In this document: in pieces, positions 1 to 9,400 of the stretch
Layout: every line of letters starts with the position of its first letter
How positions within the stretch are numbered: the stretch's first letter is position 1
DNA from: Syntrophorhabdaceae bacterium
GTDB taxonomy: Bacteria > Desulfobacterota > Syntrophorhabdia > Syntrophorhabdales > Syntrophorhabdaceae
Length of the DNA: 64,000 bases
NCBI GenBank assembly: GCA_963666485.2
Contig: CAXXUO010000009.1
Span: forward strand, 256,001-320,000
Direction of reading: 5' to 3'
Translations under genes and position numbers: made by a program
Notes under the pieces: model-generated
Databases searched by the model: none
What the model was told of the DNA's origin: nothing
The model's input: the letters and a program-made list of their open reading frames with translations, nothing else

Positions 1-511
1 TGAAACCCCTGGGATAAAGAGCGCGCGCACCCGTTATCAGGAGGTTCCTGAAGACGTTCCTCCCTCTGTATCTTCTCGCAACATATGCGTTATACGCGTA
101 AACCTGCCGCCTTTTAAGCCTGATGGTTGACTCGATCTCCGTTATGTATTTCTCGCCGGCGGCAAACCACGTGTATCCCACTATGCTGCCCTTATCCTCG
201 CAGACAAAACAATGGCCGCCGCTTCGCAACCTTTCGTACGCTTCTCGTGCGTTGAACACGGGCTGAAAAACGGTTTCTGCGGCCCTCTGTGTGGCCAGAA
301 CGCCCTCAATACCCTGCCACTCCTCTGGCCGGAGTTCTCTAAAGACGAGACCATTCGCGGGTTCCAGGCGCGATGATGCAAGTCCATGCATGGAGTATTT
401 ATACATGATGAGGGTCTTTCTCGAATAAATGCTGTGTAAAACCTTCGACCAGAGATCGTCCATATATCGACCGTACTCTCTTTTCAGCCTGGTTTCTGCC
501 GTGGTGGTCAT
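1..511 (-). CDS. GNAT-like acyltransferase, 3' end beyond the window edge; paralogue of the next gene
   Basis: Not in the ORF track. Manual translation from ATG 511 (ATGA overlap with stop 508-510) gives MTTTAETRLK...LVFRELRPEE...CFVCEDKGSIVGYTWF...KYITEIESTIRL...YAYNAYVARRYRGRNVF...LYPQGF, open to base 1 and collinear with 508..1239. Confidence 0.8.
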   Translation of the reverse strand, partial: MTTTAETRLKREYGRYMDDLWSKVLHSIYSRKTLIMYKYSMHGLASSRLEPANGLVFRELRPEEWQGIEGVLATQRAAETVFQPVFNAREAYERLRSGGHCFVCEDKGSIVGYTWFAAGEKYITEIESTIRLKRRQVYAYNAYVARRYRGRNVFRNLLITGARALYPRGF

Positions 512-1239
512 TTCATCGTATCCCCGGGAAACACACGATGATCTCCGGGCATAAGCAGCCTGAGCCTGCCGAACATCTTCCGGTAAAATCCGAAGGTACC
601 TGTTTCATTACGGAAGGCAATGTCCCTGCACGTATTTATGAGGTACCTGAAGGTAAGCAAATAACCGGTGGTCACAATCCCGGAAACCACGAAATTCAGC
701 TTCCTGACGGCCTCTCTCGAGGCCTTATTCCAGTCCATGGTGGCGGTGATCTCCCGGGCGAAGCCCTGAGGAACAAGGTGCTTTCGGGCCGCGCTGAGAT
801 TTCCGCCAAGTACGTTCCGATGCCTGTGGTCCTTCAACCTGTAGGAATTATAGAGATAGAGGTCCTTTTGCCCGAGGAGGATTGTCGACTCGATCTCGGG
901 AATGTACTTGTCCTTTTTTGTGAACCAGGAATAGCCGATGAACTCTCCCTCGTCCTCGCAAACATAGCAGAGTTCACCCTTCTCAAGCCGTAGGGCGGCC
1001 TCCTGTATGTCGATAGGTTTGAATACGGGCTCGCAATCGCGCTGAACGTCTAACAGTTCCGACAGTTTGTCAAGGTCGGATGGCTCAAGCGCCCTGAAAA
1101 CAGGCCCGTCCTGCGGGGCTTGCCAGGGGTCCCGGCCGTTGTATGGATACTCGTAAAAAACCATTCTCGTCGTTGAAAAGAGATAACGAATTATCCTTTT
1201 CAGCATCCTCGGCTTGAGCATTTGTGCCTCGTCTGTCAT
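508..1239 (-). CDS. GNAT-like acyltransferase
   Basis: FRALEPSDL...CYVCEDEGEFIGYSWF...YLYNSY...WNKASREAVRKLNF fits a GNAT pattern. Start moved to ATG 1239, which forms an ATGA overlap with the upstream stop. Confidence 0.7.
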   Translation of the reverse strand: MTDEAQMLKPRMLKRIIRYLFSTTRMVFYEYPYNGRDPWQAPQDGPVFRALEPSDLDKLSELLDVQRDCEPVFKPIDIQEAALRLEKGELCYVCEDEGEFIGYSWFTKKDKYIPEIESTILLGQKDLYLYNSYRLKDHRHRNVLGGNLSAARKHLVPQGFAREITATMDWNKASREAVRKLNFVVSGIVTTGYLLTFRYLINTCRDIAFRNETGTFGFYRKMFGRLRLLMPGDHRVFPGDTMK

Positions 1240-2360
1240 CTTTCGCCTCGTTGACCTGGAAATGTCAGGCCGTACTGTGCGAACAGGGCGCGGTTTTGAG
1301 CCGTCAGGAGGCCTCCGTTCGTTGCCTGGATCCCGGCTGTCCCCCATTCTATATTCCCTTCTATTATCACCGGGCCGTCCGGGGTAACAGCAAGGTCCCA
1401 TCCTATGGCCTTGAGCTCTCTGAAAGCTCTTTGCGCTTTTGCAACCGCGCTCTTCACCTCACTCCAGAACGGTACCGTAAAATTGTCAAGAGGCGTACTT
1501 GTGAGCGGGTGGTCCATGACCCTCACGATCGCCCGCCCTTTCATGAACCCGGGAGCTTTGAGCCTGCCTGTTTCCCTGTCGATCTTGACCACGATGCCGC
1601 CCGCCGAGAAATTATCGATCGGGACCTTTCCCGAACTCGTCCGCAGCATGGAGGCCAGGATCTTCACGTCGTCGTCCCGCGTAAGAAGCGTGATCACTCT
1701 GATACTGTTCAGGCAACAGGGATTGATGAGATCGAGCGCCGGATGCTGAGTGATGACCTCCTGCACGATAAACTCGCCTTCCGGCCCGTTTGAGGTGCCG
1801 ACGCCTGCAGGGGGAGATACGGGTTCGACACGAATTCCGGCGCCCTCTCTGACGGCGAAATATATTCCTTTGCCCTGCAAGCCGCGCAGCGGTTTCAGAA
1901 TGACCCTGTCCCGTCCTTCTCTCTCCATCACCTGCATGAGACTGCTTCCGTCTGCCTTGAGGGATCCCTGTGCATAGATGCCGTAGGCATTGGGAACAGG
2001 GATCCCGTGGAACCGGCAGAGACAGTGAAAGATATACTTGTCGTTCACGAGAGAGGAATAACTGTCGTTCCACAGGGCATCGTACAGCCTGGCCTTGAGG
2101 AGCGGGGCCACGGGTTCGTCCATGTATTCCCTGAACTCTGCCCGTTTCTTCTCATCGAGGCCGAAGAGAAAGTAATTGCGCGGCACGATCCCGAGGACAA
2201 AAAAGAGGTAGAGCCGATCTACGAATGCCGTAAACCGGGACTTCCCTGACGTGGGCCTGCCGTTTGGGGCATTCGGGACGATCTCCTTGAAAAGCTCCGG
2301 GAACTCGGCGTAGTGCGACAGGTGGTGATGGACCGATCTCAGTATTTGCAGGGTATTCAT
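1236..2360 (-). CDS. Sugar-transfer-associated ATP-grasp protein (RimK-like amino-acid ligase fold)
   Basis: Motifs NDKYIF, ILKPLRGLQGKGI, IVQEVITQHP, NSIRVITL, DNFSAGG, GWDLAVTPDGPVIIEGN. Confidence 0.85.
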   Translation of the reverse strand: MNTLQILRSVHHHLSHYAEFPELFKEIVPNAPNGRPTSGKSRFTAFVDRLYLFFVLGIVPRNYFLFGLDEKKRAEFREYMDEPVAPLLKARLYDALWNDSYSSLVNDKYIFHCLCRFHGIPVPNAYGIYAQGSLKADGSSLMQVMEREGRDRVILKPLRGLQGKGIYFAVREGAGIRVEPVSPPAGVGTSNGPEGEFIVQEVITQHPALDLINPCCLNSIRVITLLTRDDDVKILASMLRTSSGKVPIDNFSAGGIVVKIDRETGRLKAPGFMKGRAIVRVMDHPLTSTPLDNFTVPFWSEVKSAVAKAQRAFRELKAIGWDLAVTPDGPVIIEGNIEWGTAGIQATNGGLLTAQNRALFAQYGLTFPGQRGER

Positions 2361-2366
2361 GGGTGC

Positions 2367-5300
2367 CTATCGAAGCGAGGGAGGCTTCAGGTTGAAATTG
2401 ATCACCTCGTGGATGTCCTGGTACGTGTTCAGGTGCAGGCGTATCGCATCGTCGCTCATCCCGCTGATGTAATCCTTGATATAGTCGAGCCCTGTATACA
2501 TGTCCGAATCGCTCGTCGTGCAGAACAGGACACCGCGATGGAAGTTCCCGGCAAAGTAGTTGCACGAATTGCACGAGGAATAGAACATGCGCGAGTACTT
2601 GAGCTCGCTTTCGGTGATCCCCGTGTTGCCGTACAGGATCGTCTTGCCGTAGGAACCCGAACTGTCGAAGAAGTGCGGTTTGTTATGGTACGCGTTGTCG
2701 GCGATACTCGTGTAGGCAGATTTGACGCTCTGGACATAACCGGTGTTCGTCATCGTGTCGGTGTTCGAAGACGATCGCACCGTAAGCGAGACTGTGTACG
2801 TCCCGGCAGTCCTGAACCTGTGGGCAGGGTTCTGTTCGGTGCTCGTCGTCCCGTCGCCAAAATCCCACAACCACGATGTAACGCTGCCCGAACTCATGTC
2901 CGTGAACTGGACCGATGTCCGCGTGGTGACGTTGCGGGCGTCGGCCGTGAACAATGCCCGCAGGGCGCCGGTCGAACCGACACGTATGACGCCCGTCTTT
3001 ACCTCCGTATCCTGGGCCCCTAAGCCGCTCGTGACAGTCAGGGCAACCGTATAGATGCCGGCCTGCGAATAGACATGCGCGGGGCTTCGCGACGTGCTCG
3101 TCTTACCGTCGCCGAAATCCCAGAACCAGCCGGTGATAATGTCACCTGTCGGGGAAGATATCTCGCTCACGTCTTTAAATGCCACGGTGAGGGGGGGCGA
3201 GCCGGTGACGACACTGGCGGAGAACTCTGCCTGCAGCCTGTTCGCGAGATCGCCGATGGAACTCAAGCGTATAGAATCGGCGACCACCCTTCCATCGGCC
3301 TTGTCGGTAAGAGAGACCTTGTAACTGCCGGGACTGAAGTAAAAGGTACCGAGCAGATATCCTGCTGTCTTGGCCCTCTGGTCCGCCTCGACCGTCGTCG
3401 TCCCGCCATCATGCTCGATCGTATAGCTGGCGTTTGAAGCGTTCGTGCTTGCCGACTGCCAGGTGGCGGTAACCTGATAGTAGCCGGGGTAGCGTACGAC
3501 GAGGGTCCACGTTGCCGTATTCGTGCCGGTGCCCGCGGCGTGGTACTGATAATTGTATGCGTTGTATTCCTTCACGTCATCCGCTTCCTTCCCAAGCGCC
3601 CAGGTCCCGGTAAAGTCGCAGCGGTTGTAATCGGGATCGTTGTTGACAATGAAGTACTCGGGATTCCGGCCGGGGCTTGGCGCGAGCCCGGACGGCGAGA
3701 ACCAGGCGGGGACCCCGGAGTCCGGGAAACGTTCGAGATAACTGCCATCGATGAGTTCGATCTTGTACAGGGTCGGATCTCCGGAGACTTTATATGTCAG
3801 ATAATAATTATAGGGCGGGACACCCTCCGCGAAAGTGTAGGGCATTATCCCGTTCGTTCCATTCTTGAATTTGGGAAGCCAGTTGGGATATGCCTGGCCG
3901 TACTGGACACCGTCTATCTTGACCGACACCATGGGGGTGGAGACGTGGGTGAAGCGGTCATCATCTATGTAACGAATGTCATCGATCTCCTGCACGTAGA
4001 CCTCGTCCCCCTGGGCGAATGAACCTCCGAGCCCGAAGTTTGAGTGACCGTTCCAGATGATATGCGCACCTTCCTGCCTGAGGGCGTTCATGAAGCCGTC
4101 CGGCGTGTTTACGAAGTGAAAGATGAACGTCTTTCCCAGGGACGTGTTGCGGTAGACCCAGGTATCATTGACCTGCGTTGCCCCCAGGTCTTTAAGGATT
4201 ATCTTCACGTTGGGCACAAAGACACCGTCCTTCGCATACCCGTCGCCGATGTAGATGTGTTCCACGCTTCCGCTTACCGCATGAACGTACTGCGCGGCCG
4301 TCTTCGTATTGGAGCCTGCCGTGTTGGAGACCGTAAGCGACACCGTATAATACCCGTCCGCGGAGTAGGTGTGTGTCGGGTTCTTTGCCGTGCTCGTCGT
4401 TCCGTCGCCGAAATCCCAGAGCCACGACGTCACGGTGCCGGTGCTGAGATCGGTAAACGTGACCGCAAGAGGGACGCTCCCCTCGACCGCGCTGGCACTA
4501 AAGTCTGCTGCGGGAGGCTCGGCCGCCACGGCCGCAAATCTGACCGCATCGGCACACGTACTCGTGGGAGCCGCCTGGGATGTTATTGTGATGTTGTATG
4601 TCGTCCCAGCGAGAAAACTGAATGTCCCCAGAGGATTCCATGTGCCCGCGTTTACAAGCTGGTTGATGGTGACTGTCTGCGAACCCCCGGCATGGTTGAT
4701 CACAACGGGTATGGCCGAACTTCGCGTCGACGTCGTGGTCCACCACATCGATACATTGTAGTTGCCCGTCTGGGACGGGGTGAACTTCCAGGTGAACGCG
4801 GCCCCGTCACGGCTCCACACCGAGCCCGTGCCATAATAACCGGAAGCGGCCGATGCCGCCCACGTGCCCGTGCGTGCCGTACGGGTATCCGTGTTGTCGA
4901 TGATGGTATCTGTGGGCGCGGCACCGACCACGAGGGACTCGGCTGCTGCAACGGACATAACACCTTCAGTGCTTCTGACCCTGAATGTGATCGTGTGTGT
5001 GCCGGCGCTCAATTTGGAGGTGGAAAAAGAGGCTTCCGTCCCGATGGCACCGTCAATTGAGGAATTCCACTCGTAGGCGGCGATAGAGGCCCCGCTGCCG
5101 TGACCGGTAAATGTGACCGCCTGTCCTGCCCAGGCGGGATTGGGCGTTATAGAATCGATCTGGGCGACCGGAACTTCGCTTGTCAGGGTGAACCTGACCG
5201 CATCGGCACACGTACTCGTGGGGCCTGCCTGGGAAACAATTGTTATGTTATAGGTGACCCCTGCGGCAAAGGCGAAAGTGCCGAGAGAATTCCACTGCCC

Positions 5301-6311
5301 CTCGTTCTGAAGCTGGTTTATCGTGACGGTTTGCAAGCCATTCGCATTATTGATCTGAACAGGTATCGAAGGGCTTCGCGACGACGTCGTGGTCCACCAC
5401 ATCGATACATTGTAGTTGCCCGTCTGGGACGGGGTGAACTTCCAGGTGAACGCGGCCCCGTCACGGCTCCATACCGAGCCCGTGCCATAATAACCGGAAG
5501 CGGCCGATGCCGCCCACGTGCCCGTGCGTGCCGTACGGGTATCCGTGTTGTCGATTATCACTTCTTCCGACGCGCCTCCCACGACAAGCGTCGTCGTGGC
5601 CCCGCCCGATGTCAGGCCGCTGTTGTCGGTTACGACGAATGTAATGATATGTGCACCGGTACTCAGGCTTGACGTTGAAAAGCCCGGTTCCGTACTCAAG
5701 GCACCATCAAGAGACGAGGTCCATTTGTAACCTGTTATTGTCCCGTCGCTGTCCATTCCGTGTCCGGTAAAAGTCACTGTTTGGCCGGGATTTGCCGGCG
5801 ACGGACTGATGGAGTCTATCGTTGCAACAGGAAGCGCAGCACTCGAGACATATTTGAACTGCACGGCGTCGGCGCAGGTGCTCAGCGTATCGCCGGCGGC
5901 CGCCGTGATCGTCACCGACCCGCTCCCATTGAAATAAAACGTTCCGAGGCTGTTCCACTGGCCGGAGTTCTTAAGCTGGTTGACAGTCAGGTTCTGGGTC
6001 CCGCCGGTGAAATTTACCGCCACCGGAACGCCGGAGGGCCTGCTCGAATACCCGGACCACCACATGAACACTTCATACATTCCCGCCTGCTGGCCGTTCA
6101 TTGAGAACGTGTAGGTCGCGCCGTTGCGCGACCACAGGCTTGAGGCGCCATAGGGGGTTGTTCCGCCGGAAAGCGACCATGAGCCTGTATAAGACGTCCC
6201 CGTGCCGCCGTTATCGACTATGACATCAGCCCGGAGCGGCCCCGCACGGAAAAGAGCAATCAGGAAAATCAGGAAAACGAACACACCGGCGAGGACGTGC
6301 TTCGACTTCAT
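2367..6311 (-). CDS. Large secreted multidomain protein, 1314 aa, with golvesin/xanthan-lyase-type CBM-like repeats, PKD domains and a putative split His/Cys domain
   Basis: N-terminal signal peptide; repeats VIVDN...YEVFMWW...TVNQ...GQWNSLGTF...CADAV; PKD signatures WLWDFGDGTTS...NPTHTY...YTVSLTV; RBS AAGGAG. Confidence 0.85.
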   Translation of the reverse strand: MKSKHVLAGVFVFLIFLIALFRAGPLRADVIVDNGGTGTSYTGSWSLSGGTTPYGASSLWSRNGATYTFSMNGQQAGMYEVFMWWSGYSSRPSGVPVAVNFTGGTQNLTVNQLKNSGQWNSLGTFYFNGSGSVTITAAAGDTLSTCADAVQFKYVSSAALPVATIDSISPSPANPGQTVTFTGHGMDSDGTITGYKWTSSLDGALSTEPGFSTSSLSTGAHIITFVVTDNSGLTSGGATTTLVVGGASEEVIIDNTDTRTARTGTWAASAASGYYGTGSVWSRDGAAFTWKFTPSQTGNYNVSMWWTTTSSRSPSIPVQINNANGLQTVTINQLQNEGQWNSLGTFAFAAGVTYNITIVSQAGPTSTCADAVRFTLTSEVPVAQIDSITPNPAWAGQAVTFTGHGSGASIAAYEWNSSIDGAIGTEASFSTSKLSAGTHTITFRVRSTEGVMSVAAAESLVVGAAPTDTIIDNTDTRTARTGTWAASAASGYYGTGSVWSRDGAAFTWKFTPSQTGNYNVSMWWTTTSTRSSAIPVVINHAGGSQTVTINQLVNAGTWNPLGTFSFLAGTTYNITITSQAAPTSTCADAVRFAAVAAEPPAADFSASAVEGSVPLAVTFTDLSTGTVTSWLWDFGDGTTSTAKNPTHTYSADGYYTVSLTVSNTAGSNTKTAAQYVHAVSGSVEHIYIGDGYAKDGVFVPNVKIILKDLGATQVNDTWVYRNTSLGKTFIFHFVNTPDGFMNALRQEGAHIIWNGHSNFGLGGSFAQGDEVYVQEIDDIRYIDDDRFTHVSTPMVSVKIDGVQYGQAYPNWLPKFKNGTNGIMPYTFAEGVPPYNYYLTYKVSGDPTLYKIELIDGSYLERFPDSGVPAWFSPSGLAPSPGRNPEYFIVNNDPDYNRCDFTGTWALGKEADDVKEYNAYNYQYHAAGTGTNTATWTLVVRYPGYYQVTATWQSASTNASNASYTIEHDGGTTTVEADQRAKTAGYLLGTFYFSPGSYKVSLTDKADGRVVADSIRLSSIGDLANRLQAEFSASVVTGSPPLTVAFKDVSEISSPTGDIITGWFWDFGDGKTSTSRSPAHVYSQAGIYTVALTVTSGLGAQDTEVKTGVIRVGSTGALRALFTADARNVTTRTSVQFTDMSSGSVTSWLWDFGDGTTSTEQNPAHRFRTAGTYTVSLTVRSSSNTDTMTNTGYVQSVKSAYTSIADNAYHNKPHFFDSSGSYGKTILYGNTGITESELKYSRMFYSSCNSCNYFAGNFHRGVLFCTTSDSDMYTGLDYIKDYISGMSDDAIRLHLNTYQDIHEVINFNLKPPSLR
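4728..5555. repeat. Intragenic direct repeat of 174 bp at 4728-4901 and 5382-5555
   Basis: Copies are offset by 654 bp and differ at one position by eye (ctccacacc vs ctccatacc). Confidence 0.85.
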
Positions 6312-6345
6312 AGGCGCTCCTTTGGTCTGTGATGAAAAATGGCTG

Positions 6346-6389
6346 CGGGAGGCGGCCCGCTGCGTCTTTACCGGCAGCGGGCCCTCCCG
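6346..6389 (-). terminator. Strong intergenic stem-loop between the two giant genes (terminator, attenuator or mRNA stabiliser)
   Basis: CGGGAGGCGGCCCGCTGC...GCAGCGGGCCCTCCCG inverted repeat, followed on the minus strand by CAGCCATTTTT. Confidence 0.55.
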
Positions 6390-6413
6390 GATCAGGTCTA
6401 CGGGGTGACGACT

Positions 6414-9400
6414 CTAGCGCATTGAGGGAGGTTTGCGAGTAAAATCCAGTATGTGGTGTATGGGCTGTACTGAATTCACAACGGAAAGTATCTGGTCATC
6501 CGTATACCCCTTGAGGTAATACTCGAGATAATTGAGCGCGGTATATGAATCGCTGTCTCCTGTCGTGCAGTAGAAGATGCCCCTCTGGAATGTCCCTCCA
6601 TAGTATGAACAGGAATTGCATGATCCGTAGAACATGCGGGAGTATTTCATGTCCTCGTCCGGTATTTTCACCGGCCTGGCATCGAGTATGACCTTGCCGA
6701 ACGTGATCGGGCTTCCCGTTATGCGCGAATAGAAATGCGGTCTGTGATGGGCTGTGTTGTCCGCGTAAATGAGACCAATTATGTTATTGACAAAATCAGT
6801 CTCCGTTTCCGTACTGCTGCCTCCCGGCCCGGTCACGGTCAGGCTCACCGTGTATGTCCCGGGTACCGTATAGGTATGCGTGGGGTTTTGTTCCGTGCTC
6901 GTCGCGCCGTCGCCAAAATCCCAGAGCCAGTTCGTTATGCTCCCCGAACTCTGATCGGCAAACGTTACGACCGTTCTGTCGGAGCCCATGCGGCTTGAAG
7001 ACGTGAAATTCGCTCGCAAGGGCGCACTCTGGCCGACTGCTATGAGTCCCGTCTTGGTTTCCGTGTCCGTAGCGCCCGTTGAATCCGTGACGGTCAGGCT
7101 GACAGTGTATACCCCGGGGCTCGAATATGTATGAACGGGGTGTTGGGTCGTACTCGTCCCTCCATCCCCGAAATTCCAGCGCCACTGCGTTATACTTGCC
7201 GTGGTATCGGCCATGTTGTAATACCCGCTGTAGTCGGTGAATTGAACGGCAAGAGGAGAAGCGCCCGCAAGGACATCGGCGTCGAACTCTGCCTGGAAGA
7301 TCTTCTGAGGGTTATCGACAGCGCTTAAGACAACGGCATCCGCTATCACGCGTCCGTTTGCGTTGTCACTTAACCTGATGGTGTACACGCCTGGATTGAA
7401 ATAATAGACACCGAGCGTATTCACGAAGTTGGACACCCTCTGGTCCACCTCTACGACTGCCGAGCCGGCTGCATGGTTGACCGTATATTTGGCATTGCTT
7501 GCATTCGCTGCATTGGCCTTCCAGGAAGCGAGGGTGGCATAGAGGCCCGGATAGGTGACGACAAGCGTCCAGGTGGCCGTGTTTGTGCCTGTGCCGGCGG
7601 CATGATACTGGTAGTTGTATCCAAGATACCCGTCTGCTCCCATATATCCCCCGTTGGGGACCGATTCGAACGGCCAGGTACCTACAAAATCACACCTGTT
7701 GTAATCGGCGTCATTGTTGACGATAAAGTACTCGGGATTGAGCGCCGGGTCCGGCTTCGCACCGGTGGTAGAGAACCATGCCGGTGTCGCGGAGTCGGGA
7801 AACCGCTGGATAGTTTTCCCGTCCTCAAGTTCTATCTTGTAGATGGTCGGATCTCCCGAGACCTTGTATGTCAGGTAATAGTTGTACGGCGGCAGACCCT
7901 GCGAGAAAGTGTACGGCATAATACCGCTCGTCCCGTCCTTGTATACGGGCAGCCAGTTGGGATACGCCTGGCCATACTGAACCCCGTCGATCTTGACCGA
8001 GACCATGTCTGATGAAAAATTCGTAAAACGGTCGTCGTTGATGTAACGGATGGCCGTGATCTCCTGTGTGTAGACCTCGTCGCCGGTTGCGAACGTCGCG
8101 CCAAGCCCGAAATTCGAGTGACCGTTAAAAATGACATGGGCACCTTCGGTCTTGATCGCGGCGGTCATTGCGGCAGCGTCCTTCACCGTGTGCAGGTAGA
8201 AGGTTTTGCCTGTGGTTGCATTCGTGTATGTCCAGACGTCACCCGATACATTTCCTCCCATGCCCTTAAGCAGCGTTTTGGCATTGGGAATAAAGAGCGC
8301 ATCGCTGGCGTACCCGTCGCAGAGATAGATATGTTCACCGGTCGTGTCGACGTGAACGTAATCTGTCCGCGTCTTTGTGTTTTGTCCCGCGTCATTGGAC
8401 ACGGTGAGAGATACCGTGTAGATCCCGGGCGATGTATATGTGTGTGATGGGTTCTGATCCGTGCTTGTCCCGCCGTCGCCGAAATTCCACGCCCACGCTT
8501 TTATAACACCGAGGCTCTGGTCCGTGAATTGAATGGTAATCGGTTTCGTGCCCCACGTGACGGCGGCTGAAAAATCAGCGGTCGGAGCGCTCAAGACAGC
8601 GGGGGAGAACTTGACCGCGTCTGCGCACGTGCTTGTGGGGTTTGCCTGGGACGTAATGGTAACATTATACGTCGTCCCGGCAATGAACTCATACGTGCCG
8701 AGACTGTTCCACCTGCCGCCATTCTGAAGCTGATTTATCGTTGCAGTCTGGGTTCCGCCGGAATGTGCGATGGATACCGGAATTGCAGAGCTTCGCGTCG
8801 AAGTCGTGGTCCACCACATGAATACTTCGTAAAACCCTGTTGCCGCCGGCGTGAATCTCCAGGTAAACGTCGCCCCGTCGCGGCTCCATAGCGAGTTTGT
8901 CCCGTAATACCCGGAAGCGGCGGACGTTGACCATGATCCCGTACGCGATGTCCGGGTGTCCGTGTTGTCGATAATGGCCTCGGACGGCATCACGTTCCCG
9001 ATAGTGAGGGACGACGTTACCGCGGCAGACCAGGCGTCGCCGTTATCCATAACACTGAACGTTATTGTGTGGGTGCCCGCGCTCAGTGCGGTGGACGAAA
9101 AAGATGCTGTAGTACCGATTATGCCGTCTATAGATGACGACCACTGATAGGCAGCGATGCTCCCGTCTGCATCCGTACCGTGGCCCGTGAATGTCACGGT
9201 CTGACCCGTGACGGCCGGGTTGGGTGTGATGGAATCTATGGCTGCCGTTGGCGGCGTGTTGGGGCCCTGCTCGACAACAAGGGATGACGTCACCGGTGTC
9301 GACCAGAGACCCAGGTTGTCCTTGACCCTGAACGATATTGTGTGGGTGCCCGCGCTCAACGTGGATATCGCGAACGTGGCCGCAGTTCCTATGGCCCCAT

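Noticed and set aside
181..387. 68-aa minus-strand ORF from the track
   Set aside because: It is an out-of-frame overlap of the GNAT paralogue at 1..511.
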